Below are positions 50,321 to 63,560 of a stretch of DNA of 64,000 nucleotides, in pieces (the first letter of the stretch is position 1; each line of letters starts with the position of its first letter). A program made the position numbers and the translations under genes. Source of the stretch: Octopus bimaculoides (taxonomy: Eukaryota); contig NC_068981.1 in the NCBI RefSeq assembly GCF_001194135.2, forward strand, positions 167,671,245 through 167,735,244, in the 5' to 3' direction. The notes under the pieces were generated by a model, which saw only the letters and a program-made list of their open reading frames with translations, ran no database searches and was not told the origin of the DNA.

Positions 50321-50440
50321 GGGAGAATGTACGAAAAAAAACAACAACAGACGAGGACAGGTGGTGTAAACAACAAAAGGATGTATTAGTATGACGCTCG
50401 GGAATACGGAAATTCTTTAACGTTTCGAGCTACGCTCTTC
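50321..50440 (+). repeat. Dispersed repeat in (TA)n with a hammerhead remnant on the minus strand
   Basis: Inverted homologue of 22490-22569; its end reads (minus) ATGAA-GAGC(gta)GCTC-GAAA-CG-TT-aaag. Confidence 0.7.
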
Positions 50441-51519
50441 ATATATATATATATATATACAGAGAGAGAGAGAGGGGGGGGATTAGTTATACAATTCATT
50501 AGAATCTAGGCATATCAACAAGTAGGTCGCCAGGACTGGCTGGGTGTTTAACATTGAGCTTACAGTATAGCAAAACAACCATTAGTTATCATTTGTTGGT
50601 AGTATACTGCAAGTATGTACATGTACAAATNNNNNNNNNNNNNNNNNNNNNNNNNNNNNNNNNNNNNNNNNNNNNNNNNNNNNNNNNNNNNNNNNNNNNN
50701 NNNNNNNNNNNNNNNNNNNNNNNNNNNNNNNNNNNNNNNNNNNNNNNNNNNNNNNNNNNNNNNNNNNNNNNNNNNNNNNNNNNNNNNNNNNNNNNNNNNN
50801 NNNNNNNNNNNNNNNNNNNNNNNNNNNNNNNNNNNNNNNNNNNNNNNNNNNNNNNNNNNNNNNNNNNNNNNNNNNNNNNNNNNNNNNNNNNNNNNNNNNN
50901 NNNNNNNNNNNNNNNNNNNNNNNNNNNNNNNNNNNNNNNNNNNNNNNNNNNNNNNNNNNNNNNNNNNNNNNNNNNNNNNNNNNNNNNNNNNNNNNNNNNN
51001 NNNNNNNNNNNNNNNNNNNNNNNNNNNNNNNNNNNNNNNNNNNNNNNNNNNNNNNNNNNNNNNNNNNNNNNNNNNNNNNNNNNNNNNNNNNNNNNNNNNN
51101 NNNNNNNNNNNNNNNNNNNNNNNNNNNNNNNNNNNNNNNNNNNNNNNNNNNNNNNNNNNNNNNNNNNNNNNNNNNNNNNNNNNNNNNNNNNNNNNNNNNN
51201 NNNNNNNNNNNNNNNNNNNNNNNNNNNNNNNNNNNNNNNNNNNNNNNNNNNNNNNNNNNNNNNNNNNNNNNNNNNNNNNNNNNNNNNNNNNNNNNNNNNN
51301 NNNNNNNNNNNNNNNNNNNNNNNNNNNNNNNNNNNNNNNNNNNNNNNNNNNNNNNNNNNNNNNNNNNNNNNNNNNNNNNNNNNNNNNNNNNNNNNNNNNN
51401 NNNNNNNNNNNNNNNNNNNNNNNNNNNNNNNNNNNNNNNNNNNNNNNNNNNNNNNNNNNNNNNNNNNNNNNNNNNNNNNNNNNNNNNNNNGTGTGTGTGT
51501 GTGTGCACTCTCACATATA

Positions 51520-52793
51520 CAGTGACGGCCATAATGTAAGGGTCAGTAAGAACAAGTGCATTGAAATATTCATTATTGAAGATTAACAAAACGTTGAGAC
51601 TAGATATTTTACACATATTTAGATATATCTAATGTCTATTTTTCGTGAAAATTTCAAGTGAATGGAATAAAGTTATGAGGAAAATTTCAAGGGAATGGAA
51701 TAAAGTTATGAGGAAAATTTCAAGGGAATGGAATAAAGTTATGAGGAAATAAACAAATAATCTTCCAAACTGCAACGGCCAAAAGTTAAGGGTCACTTAG
51801 GAAAAGTGAACAAAAAGAAACCCTTACTATTAATATTTTGTGAACGTCTCTTTACTCTCAATGACTTCCTGACATATGTTATCACAGGACTGAATCAATT
51901 TCTTGCAAAATGATGGAATAATATTGAGTTCATTATGGTGCTTTGGATTTCTCCTCCGCGTCCCATCTCCAATAATCTTCCAAACGTTTTCTATAGGGTT
52001 GAGATCTGGACTTTGAGGTGGCCAGTCCATGAGATCAATTCCTTCATCATTCAAAAAATCCTTGACTCTCTTCGCAGTGTGACAGGGAGAGTTGTCCTGC
52101 ACGAAGATAGGAAGTTGAACTGACCAAGATCAGAGATGTGGAAGGGCATGCTGTCTAAGAATCTGTTTTGCGCGATAAGTTGACATCGGATGTGGAGCTA
52201 AACTCGCGAGATATCTCAGCAGCACTCTCAAACCTATCCTTCAGTGACATTCTAACCATAATACGATCCTGTCTTGGTGAAGTTTTACGACGTCTACCGG
52301 TTTGGGGTTTAGCATCTGTCGATCCTGATGACTTAAAACGAGCTACAACACTTCTAGACCTTCCTACAGTAGTTGCTATCACAGAATTTGACTTGCCTAT
52401 TCGTGAAGGTACACAATCCTTTGTTCTTCATCACAGAACGCCGGTCGTCTCTCACAAGTCACCATGTTGACAGTTGAATGTTCCAATAATGTAAGATCAT
52501 AAGAAGTAAATGTTAGCCCATTAACAGTCTTCTAAGTAACAAATACCTCGGTTTGTAGTTTATTTTTTCTAAGTGACCCTTAACTTTTGGCCGTTGCAGT
52601 TTGGAAGATTGTTTGTTTATTTCCTCATAACTTACGAAATATTTATTCCATTCCCTTGAAATTTTCACGTAAAATAGATATTAGATATATCTAAAGATGT
52701 GTAAAATATCTAGTCTCAACGTTTTGTTAATCTTCTATAATAAATATTTCAATACACTTGTTCTTACTGACCTTTATATTATGGCCACCACTG
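51520..52793 (-). mobile_element. Tc1-family element with long IR/DR terminal repeats, internally deleted
   Basis: TA-cagtgacggcc...ggccaccactg-TA; about 235-bp TIRs each with outer and inner DR (ggcca.aa.gt.aagggtca.t.aga); transposase pieces TTVGRSRSVVARFKSSGS...GRRRKTSPRQDR and QDNSPCHTAK...WPPQSPDLNPIENVW. Confidence 0.93.
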
Positions 52794-52809
52794 TATATCC
52801 TTTATCTCA

Positions 52810-53177
52810 TATTTGTTTCAGTCGTTGACTTTGAAGGATTATAGTCGAACAAATCAACCCTAGTACTATATTTTCAAATCTGGTGCTTATTCTATGAATA
52901 TATTTTGTCGAATCGCTAGTTTACGGGGAGGTAAAGAAACCAATACCGGTTTTCAAATGGGGGCAGGAGTATAAACAGGGACGCAAAGACACACACACAA
53001 ACACAAACACATGTATATATACGGCTGGTTTGCACACATTTTCCGTGTACCAAATCCGCTCACAAGGTAATGGCTACCCCAGGGCTATAGTAGAAGTCAC
53101 TTGCCCAAAGTGCCACGTAGTATGACTGAACTCGAATGCAAGTGGTTACAAGGCGAGCTTCTTAATTACGCAGCCAG
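52810..53177 (-). mobile_element. SINE family B, complete degenerate copy with internal CA tract
   Basis: Tail tttgtttcagtc...gtcgaacaaatcaaccctagtac, internal (CA)n, head cttgcccaaagtgccacg...gcttcttaattacgcagcca. Confidence 0.8.
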
Positions 53178-53754
53178 AGAGAGAGAGAAAAACAAAGAGA
53201 GAAAGAGAGAGAAACAAAGAGAGAGAGAAGGAGTGAGAGAAGGAGTGAGAGAGTGAAAAAATATATTTATACAGAGATAGAGAGAGAAAGGTGGGGAGAA
53301 AATGCTGTCTTTTCTGAATTGTAGAATAAAGTGGATATTTTGTAAACAGTATAAAATAGCAACCATATCATTGGTAAACAAATAACAACAGACATTTTTA
53401 TCTCTCTGTGGGCAGAAGCAACCTCTCTTTCTGTCCACAGGGAGATAAAAAGACATCTGCTTATATTATCCAATCTATTCCATTATACATCACAGTAACT
53501 GGTTTAAGGCGGGTACTGTTTACTATGATATACCTTAGTGTACATTTCAATATATCAGTCATATTGTTGTTTAGTACATCAATAATCAAATCCATAACTA
53601 TTTCGGATGTTTCATGTCCTTTGCTTTAGGATCTTTAAAATTTTGACCTTGTCAAATGATCCGTAGAAAACTGAACTGAAAGAGAATTAAAAACGTAGCT
53701 TGTGCCTACTCTATGGAATGTCCTCCAATTTCCACCAATATTTTAATACGGTTA

Positions 53755-54480
53755 AGGCGGCGATCTTGCAGAATCGTTAGCACGGACAAAATGCCGCTAA
53801 GCATTTTGCCCTACTTTAAGCTGTGGGTTCAAACTTCACTGCGGTCGACTTTGCCTTTCATGCTTTTGGGGTCGCTAAAATAAATGCCAGTTGAGGACTG
53901 GGGGCGATGAAATCGACTTACTCCCTTCCTTGAAATTGTGGGCCTTGTGCCAATATTTGAAATCAATATTTTAATACAACTAAGACAGTGACCTGGCAGA
54001 ATTGTTAGCACGCCAGGCAACATGCTCATCGGTATTTCGTCCGTCTTCACACGTTCTGAGTTCAAATTCTGCCGTGGTCGACATTGCCTTTCATTTTTGT
54101 GGAGTCGATAAAATAGGTACCACTTGAGCACGGGGATGAGATAATCGACTTAGCCCCTCCTCGAAATTGTTCGCCTTGTGCGAAAATTTGAAATTATTAT
54201 TATGAAGGGCTCGAAGGTAGTTGAGCTGACAGAATCCTTAGCACGTTGTGCAGAAAGGCCAGCAGCATTTCGTCCGTCTTTACATTCTGAGTTCAAATTC
54301 TCTCGAGATCGACTTAGCCTTTCATCACTTTCGAGGTCTATAAAATAGGTACTCGTTGAGCATTGGGGGTCGATTTCATCGACCTTAACCTCTCCTTCAA
54401 ACTGCTGGCCTGGAGCCGAAATCTGAAACCAATATTACGATGTCCTCGAAGGCGGCGAGCTGGCAGCGTAGTTAGCCCAC
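53755..54480 (+). mobile_element. Cluster of four head-to-tail SINE family A copies
   Basis: Heads at about 53755, 53990, 54216 and 54448 (last one truncated by (AGT)n). Confidence 0.88.
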
Positions 54481-54502
54481 AAGACATCGGCAGTAGCAGC
54501 AA

Positions 54503-54567
<65 letters not shown>

Positions 54568-54830
54568 TTAGTAGTCGCAGCAGCAGCAGCAGTAGTAGTT
54601 GGTGGTGTTGTTGTTNNNNNNNNNNNNNNNNNNNNNNNNNNNNNNNNNNNNNNNNNNNNNNNNNNNNNNNNNNNNNNNNNNNNNNNNNNNNNNNNNNNNN
54701 NNNNNNNNNNNNNNNNNNNNNNNNNNNNNNNNNNNNNNNNNNNNNNNNNNNNNNNNNNNNNNNNNNNNNNNNNNNNNNNNNNNNNNNNNNNNNNNNNNNN
54801 NNNNNNNNNNNNNNNNNNNNNNNNNNNNNN

Positions 54831-54951
<121 letters not shown>

Positions 54952-56154
54952 ATCCACTGGTGTTGGTAGTGTTGGTAGAGCTGCAGAAGAGTGGTGTTAA
55001 AGTATTGCGTAACTATGAATATAATTGCCGAATTGACAGCTTCGATTAAACGGAAAAGACAGCTGGTGCGGGCGCGTGGAAATGGATGTTTACGCGTGTG
55101 TTAATGTTTGTGTGTGTGTGTGTGAGTGTGAGTGTTTGCGAGTGTAAGAGAGAAGAGAGAGAAAGCAGAGGGAGAAAGACAAAGAGAGAGAAAGATAAAG
55201 AGGGAGAGGGAGAGAGAGAGAGAGAGAGAGGGGGGGAGAGAGAGAGAAAGAGTGCGAGAGATTGATTTCGGGTGTGAAAAAGTAAAAACAAAAGTCCGTA
55301 TACATGCAACATGTATTTCATACGAATCTTAATGAAACGCAATGAAATGCTCGAACAAAAAATTATAATTATAAATAAAATAGAAAAATAAACAAGAAAC
55401 AACAACAAAAATTATATACATACATACAGTATATGTATATATGTATGTATGTATGTATCTATATACATGTATATGTATATATACATATATAGACATATAC
55501 ATGTATATATATAAATATATATATACACACACGGTTACATATACATACATATATATATATGTGTGTATGTGTGTATGTATGTATGCATGTATGTATGTAT
55601 GTATGTATGTATGTATGTATGCATGTATGCATGTATGCATGTATTTCTATAAACGCTGTCGAGTTAACAACTGCAGCACCCTCTTCAGGCAAATTTTCCA
55701 AACTGAAGCCATATGAATAGTGAAACAACAGTTTTCTTCCTTCTTATGAATTATTGTGAAAACTGAATCTTACTGGGGTAATGACACCTATACAGTATTT
55801 CAGATAANNNNNNNNNNNNNNNNNNNNNNNNNNNNNNNNNNNNNNNNNNNNNNNNNNNNNNNNNNNNNNNNNNNNNNNNNNNNNNNNNNNNNNNNNNNNN
55901 NNNNNNNNNNNNNNNNNNNNNNNNNNNNNNNNNNNNNNNNNNNNNNNNNNNNNNNNNNNNNNNNNNNNNNNNNNNNNNNNNNNNNNNNNNNNNNNNNNNN
56001 NNNNNNNNNNNNNNNNNNNNNNNNNNNNNNNNNNNNNNNNNNNNNNNNNNNNNNNNNNNNNNNNNNNNNNNNNNNNNNNNNNNNNNNNNNNNNNNNNNNN
56101 NNNNNNNNNNNNNNNNNNNNNNNNNNNNNNNNNNNNNNNNNNNNNNNNNNNNNN

Positions 56155-56193
<39 letters not shown>

Positions 56194-56222
56194 CAATAGG
56201 GTAAAAATTGGATATTAATTAA

Positions 56223-56767
56223 TATCAATTTAATACCAGGTAACCAGCACATTAAAAGAATCAGGGAGATTCGGAAAATTTATCTGAATCTCAAAGGATT
56301 ACTGTATATGTACATATAAAAATATATATTAAAAAATATATAAAGGAGGCCACTATGTGGACTGCCAATGTGCTAGAAGAAGATCACATGTCATGTGTCT
56401 ACTAAGACCGGATAATTCTCAAAGGGAATTTAGCGAAGTAACAAAAACGTAAAGCGAGCAAGGTTAGTGAAAATCACATAAAAAATCCAATTATTTGTAA
56501 ACATCTTTCGAAATCAATAGATTCTTACCGAAAATATCTGTTTCTCATCATATAAATATAATTTACAGGATCGCACACTAAGTTGTACGTCACAATTAAC
56601 GCACATGTGTACGGTTCTATACAATTATATTTGTGGTAAAATTCAAAAGCCTTCATTTTTGCGCGCTAAATCCGGAAATATCTCCGCAGAAAAGATCCCG
56701 CATCGAATATATCAATTTAATACCAGGTAACCAGCATATTAAAAGAATCAGTGAGATTCAGAAAAAT
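56223..56767 (+). repeat. 58-bp direct repeat, 487 bp apart
   Basis: tatcaatttaataccaggtaaccagca(c/t)attaaaagaatcag(g/t)gagattc(g/a)gaaaa at 56223-56280 and 56710-56767. Confidence 0.9.
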
Positions 56768-56906
56768 TATATTATTACAACGATGTTTGCTAAGTATCGT
56801 TCATGATGCCATAAATGGTGAACGTGCTCCGCGGATACACGACCTGGGACTTACCCTGAAATAAGGTTTCGATACTGTTTAACAGTGTATTTTCTTAACC
56901 TTAATT

Positions 56907-56951
<45 letters not shown>

Positions 56952-57232
56952 AATATAAAGCGATTGGTGTGCTAACAATGTTTTGTTTACAATTACTAAG
57001 AATTCAAGTATTATGTTCTATAGAGAACAATGTGATAACACAAAGAATTTGTAATAGCTGTATATATACTGCACCTTCCTTATTTATCCACGAACATCTG
57101 CTTATAAACCCAATGATATTAGTGGCTAAAGTTAACTGGAAAGTCCAGTTTGCATATTTAACACCTTGGCAAATAGTTCAAATATTACATTACTGGCGAG
57201 TTACAAGAGTTTAGTTTCAATGCTCCAGTGGA

Positions 57233-57477
57233 TTCTTTTATACTTTTATTCTTTTACATGTTTCATGCATTTGATTGGGACCATGCTGGAGCACCACCTG
57301 AAAGGGTTTTAGTCGAAGAAATCGACCCCAGGACTTATTTTTTTGTAAGCCTAGTACTTATTTTATCGGTTCCTTTTGCCGAACCGCTATCTTACGGGGG
57401 CATAAACACATCAGACTCGGTTGGCAAGCGATGGCGAGGGGACAAATACAGACACACACACATAAATATTTACATAT

Positions 57478-57525
<48 letters not shown>

Positions 57526-58472
57526 NNNNNNNNNNNNNNNNNNNNNNNNNNNNNNNNNNNNNNNNNNNNNNNNNNNNNNNNNNNNNNNNNNNNNNNNNNN
57601 NNNNNNNNNNNNNNNNNNNNNNNNNNNNNNNNNNNNNNNNNNNNNNNNNNNNNNNNNNNNNNNNNNNNNNNNNNNNNNNNNNNNNNNNNNNNNNNNNNNN
57701 NNNNNNNNNNNNNNNNNNNNNNNNNNNNNNNNNNNNNNNNNNNNNNNNNNNNNNNNNNNNNNNNNNNNNNNNNNNNNNNNNNNNNNNNNNNNNNNNNNNN
57801 NNNNNNNNNNNNNNNNNNNNNNNNNNNNNNNNNNNNNNNNNNNNNNNNNNNNNNNNNNNNNNNNNNNNNNNNNNNNNNNNNNNNNNNNNNNNNNNNNNNN
57901 NNNNNNNNNNNNNNNNNNNNNNNNNNNNNNNNNNNNNNNNNNNNNNNNNNNNNNNNNNNNNNNNNNNNNNNNNNNNNNNNNNNNNNNNNNNNNNNNNNNN
58001 NNNNNNNNNNNNNNNNNNNNNNNNNNNNNNNNNNNNNNNNNNNNNNNNNNNNNNNNNNNNNNNNNNNNNNNNNNNNNNNNNNNNNNNNNNNNNNNNNNNN
58101 NNNNNNNNNNNNNNNNNNNNNNNNNNNNNNNNNNNNNNNNNNNNNNNNNNNNNNNNNNNNNNNNNNNNNNNNNNNNNNNNNNNNNNNNNNNNNNNNNNNN
58201 NNNNNNNNNNNNNNNNNNNNNNNNNNNNNNNNNNNNNNNNNNNNNNNNNNNNNNNNNNNNNNNNNNNNNNNNNNNNNNNNNNNNNNNNNNNNNNNNNNNN
58301 NNNNNNNNNNNNNNNNNNNNNNNNNNNNNNNNNNNNNNNNNNNNNNNNNNNNATATATATACGACAAGCTTCTTTCAGTTTTCGTCTACTAAATCCACAC
58401 GCAAGGCTTTGGTTGACCCAAGGCTTTAGTAGAAAACACTTGCCCGAGGTGCCACGCAGAGGGATCGGACTC
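57233..58472 (-). mobile_element. Single SINE family B copy split by its internal microsatellite and an 827-N gap
   Basis: Tail half at 57233-57450 and head half at 58360-58472, same orientation, either side of (CA)(TA)n-gap-(TA)n. Confidence 0.75.
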
Positions 58473-59956
58473 AGATTATAGAACATATCTATAGATTATC
58501 GTTGTTGGTCTTCTTGTCTCCCGCTTATCTCTCTTAAATCATCTGTCAAAAGATATCTGCTTAGTTATTTTTCTTTTCTGAGGTGTAGTTGCCCGACAAG
58601 GAATTTGATCTGAGGCTGTATTGAAACTAAAACAGTTATCATGAAGATACACTGAGATTGTCAACTTCACTTAAATATTTATTATTTGGTATCAAAGTTT
58701 TCGTCACACCAACTGAGGCCTAGTCACTGATGCGGTTTCACTGCATCTGGTTTATGGCGAATGTGTTAGCATATATAGGCTTCAAGGCTATTAATATACA
58801 TTTTTATAGACGAAAAATTATATTTATAACGCTGAAATCTATATATGCTGACCGATACCCTCGCTACAAACTAGCTGCAGTAGAACTGCATCATTGATCA
58901 GGATGCAATTGGTGAGTTGCTGCAACGAAAATGTTATCCCCAAACGATAAATGTTTAAGTGAAGTTTACTGTCTTCATATGTTTTTGAATGACTAATATG
59001 CGCATTCCACATTGTAGTTGGTTAATTTTTCTTTTCTTTATAAATTTTCTTGTAGCAGAAAATAGCCTCGAGAATAACATCAGATGCTTTTGTAAATCTG
59101 TCAGTATTTGTGGTTGTGACCCAAACAGAGCCAATGTTTTCTCAGTCATACTGAAGTCTTCAACCATTTGCTTATAGCTAGACTTCTTACATTCCTCAAC
59201 TTTGTATTCCTTTTCACTGACTTTTTTTTCTGGACCGTCTCTGAATCCAGTACAATAGAATTCTCATTGCATATTCCTTTGTGTAACATTTCAACACATC
59301 ATCGTTATCGTCTGCTTCAGTTTCTATAATTGCTTACCCAGTTTCATCCGGTTCTTGTCCACTGAAGTGAAGTATTTCTGAAGAAATCTTTTGAAGTTAT
59401 TGCTAAATTGCATGCACAGCTTCTTCCAAACATCTTTTCATATTTCTTACTAAAATTGATACGACTGATATTCAGTTTGAATTTGATTTTCACTAAGTTT
59501 TCAACAGTAAGAATATTTGAAACAATTGCAATGCTGGAACGGAATGGATGTGTGAAATATCTAGTATAGTGGTTAATGAAAATATGACCCCAGAAATTTA
59601 GGGATACAAGATAAAAGTGTGTCGGTGATTTGGGTCGGAAACCCTTTGAAGAACGCTCTGCTCGACTGAGTCGATACAACACCAACAAATTTCTTTTTCA
59701 GTTAGTTGCTTTAGATCAGTAGGACTTACATGTATTTATTATGTGATGTGATTAAAACAGCCCACTCTACTGGGATTGTCCCGTCAATTTTGTGGGACTT
59801 GGTTGTTATTTTATTACAATGAAACTTATATAAGTCTATCTATATGTGTAACTAAAGCACTGCCCAGTCCTTCCCCTTATCGTCTGTATACTTTTTCTAA
59901 ATAACTCTTACCTTGCTCCGTCTCTGACACAAGCAACCATCCTGAAAGAAAGAAAG

Positions 59957-60015
<59 letters not shown>

Positions 60016-60553
60016 GTGTGTGCGTGTGTGTGTGTGACTATGTGTGTAAGAGGGAGAGAGAGAGTGAGTGAGAGAGAGGGAGTTGATGTGGGAATACAAA
60101 ACCTGAGTCAAGTTTATTTCAAGTCAACGAAGTCAAGTTTATTTCAAGTCAACATCGGCGAGGTACACTTCAAATTCAAAAGTTATAAGACAAATTTTTC
60201 TCGGATCACACCCAACATCTAATACTACGAAAGCACACAATGTACAATTTAATCTATGCAATTTCATGTATACAAAAACACGCGATAATATTTATATTAC
60301 ATAAACTAGAAGAAAACATCCTGGTGGGGATGGGGGACGGTGTTTCTCCTAGAATCATTAACAAAGTGAATAAATATGCGAAGGTATGCTGTTGACGTAG
60401 TTTATCGCATTCCCTATGATGAAGAGAGCAAATCTCATGACTCGAGTTTGTTACACAATCACACACGTTAGCTTTACATTTGCCTTTGGCCTCATCAGGA
60501 TTCGTAAAACAATGAGGGTTATGTGGTATCAGCATATTTTCTACTACTACTAC

Positions 60554-60616
<63 letters not shown>

Positions 60617-60796
60617 AATACAGAGATCTATAATCTTATGAGCAAATATTAATTAGGATGAATCTAATTTTTATTGTTGTTTAGCCCCTGCGCCAACGCT
60701 GATTGAACAGATAATCCGACCACCTTCCTTAGCAACAGCAGCAGCGGTAGTGTAGGGATGGTGGTGGTATTATTACTATTACTATTATTATTATTA

Positions 60797-60889
<93 letters not shown>

Positions 60890-60914
60890 ATAGTAGTAGT
60901 AGTACAATTGTTTC

Positions 60915-61075
60915 TAATTTTGGTACAAGGCCAGTAATTTTGAGAAGAGGGCGGTAGTCGATTACATAAACGCCAGTACTTGACTGGTATTTTATTTTAG
61001 CGGTCCCAGAGAGACGCAAGGTAACGTTGACCCTAGCTAAATTTGAACTCAAAATATAAAGAGCCGCAAAGAACG
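60915..61075 (-). mobile_element. SINE family A, degenerate
   Basis: ttggtacaaggccagtaatttt...gtcgattacat...ccagtacttgactggta...aaatttgaactca. Confidence 0.7.
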
Positions 61076-61145
61076 CTGCAAGTTATTTTTTCCGATGTTT
61101 TAACGAATCTACAAGCTCACATCTTTGTATATAATAATAATAATT

Positions 61146-61209
<64 letters not shown>

Positions 61210-62401
61210 TTTTTTCCAGTATGGGCAGAAAGCCTGGAATTTTTGTTCAACTGGTACTTATTTTATCGACCTCGAAATACACATCTCTCGAATAATCATG
61301 TAACCTTTTAAGGACATGCTGACTTCTAAAAGTCCGTATATCAATTCTCGTCATTTTCGCATTTATCACCTACTCATATTACTCTACAAATGTGACAACA
61401 TGTAAATAGCCAATGTAGTCCTTGATGTCTCTGACTGTTGCCCTTGACTGATCCTGACTCGTGCATTGCAGTACATGAGCCTATAAGTGGGTATATACAC
61501 CACTATCTCTGCTTGAGGTTTTACCTCGACCTGATCTTCATCACCAAGCATACACTGTTGAATGCCTTGTTCTGGACGATAAAAATTACACTCCTCTATA
61601 ACTTGGGCAAAGCTTCTTGTCGTTTTAGAACATAAACAAAGTGCCCTTCTCTTCACTAGGCAGAGACATATCATTTTTCCCCTTGGTTGCTTCTGTACAA
61701 ACTTCTCGGGCAAGGAGGCAGAGTCTTTTGTAACACACGGCTGCCAGGCATTTTACTTTGACTGGACCTTGCCCATTTACAAAATTTATTTATCGAAGTT
61801 GATATCTGCAAAACATTGTTTTTTTTTTTCTTTGTCGTTAAGTGAATCACCGAAGCTATTTCAGTTGCATGTATTGCCACAGAAAGGATTCCTGGAGATT
61901 AAAAAAAAAAATTTTATTCGTTTTCATTGGAGTTTCTTTGCGAGACTGTTGTCTCAAACTCTCCTCCTCGACACACAAGTAAATTAAATAAACTGAGAGG
62001 AAAAGAATAATTTTTGTGCCTTTATAATTAATAATCGAACGCAATATTGCAAACACACTGGAACACACACACATACACATATACACACACACGAACGCAC
62101 ACAGAAAACATGGTAACTTTTAGATAAAATACTGTAATCCAAAAACAGGAGTGATGCATAAACATGTCTTGTCAGGTCAAAAAATACTGATGACGACAAC
62201 ATTAAGGATAGTTGTGATTGTGGTAGTAGTAGTGAATAGGGCGGTGATAACTTTTTATCTATCACAAAGTGCGTGCAGTTATCTTTAATTACATTACAAT
62301 ATTTTTTTTTCAGGAACGTATATGATATATGACCAAAATCCTTTGTTAGTGACAGAAGCAGTACTAATACCAAAAGGTAGTCTTTATATCCAGCTTAGCG
62401 T

Positions 62402-62975
62402 AAACTCCTTCTTAGAACACTGAATACTGTGTTATTAGCCTTGAAGGAACCTCTCATATAGGCAATTGGTGCATAAAAGCATAGGCATAGATCTTAGCAG
62501 ATGTGAATCATCTGTTATGGACGCCGGAACTCCCATATCATGTGATTTCATTCTACTGGAACACGTCAGTGAGAGGTGTCAAGTCATTGAATTCCAATCA
62601 AATCCTGCTGCAACGATATATAGAATATCAGCATCTGAAAAGATGCTGATGTCGGAAATAGCCAGCAGGCTAATTAAATATTAATCATTAGCGACGGTAG
62701 CAGTATTAATGTCAAACAATAATCTTCATATTCAATTTAACATGAACCCCTTGATAAAACAGCAAATACTGTGTTATTAGATTTGAGAGATCCTCTCATA
62801 TAGGCGCTTGGTGCATAAAAGTACAGCACTAACAAATCATAGCAGACGAAATTCGTCTGTCATGGGCGCTAGGATTCTCACATCAGGTGACTACGGTCTA
62901 TTGCACCTCATTAGATGGGAAGCACCGGTCACTGCATACTTGTCAAATCTCGCTGCCATGTTATATACAATATCA
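62402..62975. repeat. Old diverged tandem duplication, about 342-bp period, hairpin-rich
   Basis: Shared blocks aatactgtgttattag, cctctcatataggc, ttggtgcataaaag, agcaga(t/c)g..c(a/g)tctgt, tatata(g/c)aatatca; stops in all frames. Confidence 0.8.
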
Positions 62976-63495
62976 ACATATTTTCTACGCTATCTCCACC
63001 GACGGGAAAGGAGTATCTAACGTTTTAGGTAGTGCAAGGTTTCTACAAACGTAGGCTTGCTAGGTGCAGTTATATTACACCAAGATGCACCACACGGTTA
63101 CTTTGGCTTAGTGTCGGACAAAATGTCCATCTGACTTTACTTTCTCATTTCAATTACTGGTGAGGTAAAATTTGGATTTCATTTCTCCGTGGTATCTAAA
63201 AGAATGCGCCAGACAAGTACCTGGGTCGATGGCATCGAAGAAAACACCCCAACCCCATAAATTGCTGTCTTTGTGCTTAAATTAGAAAAAGTATTATTAT
63301 ATATTATTATACAATATCTTTATGAAAACCAAAGTACGAAGAAACTAATAGAAGTCTGCGTCGATAATGAAATTTATTTAGTAAAGTTCACACATTTGAA
63401 TGAGTGCAAACAGTACAAGGTGGCGTAAATATTGACGTTTCGAGTAAAGCTTTTCTTCGAAAAAAAAGAAGTAATTATTTTAGAATTATAATTTC

Positions 63496-63560
<65 letters not shown>

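Noticed and set aside
55645-55700. Minus-strand CUGAAGA-GGGU...ACUC-GACAG
   Set aside because: GAAA missing and no stem I; too degenerate to call.
59100-59690. Possible hAT transposase C-terminal remnant (ORF 59344-59688)
   Set aside because: Only vague resemblance; no convincing ERxFS motif or TIRs.
60470-60505. Minus-strand CUGAUGA-GGCC-AAA-GGC-AAAUGUA
   Set aside because: Needs a 2-nt deletion to fit and no stem I partner was found.
61384-61760. ORF with ISQGQ, reminiscent of Pif1/Helitron helicase motif KSQGQT
   Set aside because: Surrounding motifs do not fit; a short match could be chance.
62466-63020. Reading the 342-bp (114-codon) period as a cadherin-like protein repeat
   Set aside because: No cadherin motifs (DxD, LDRE, DxNDN) in any frame, and stops occur at equivalent positions in both copies.
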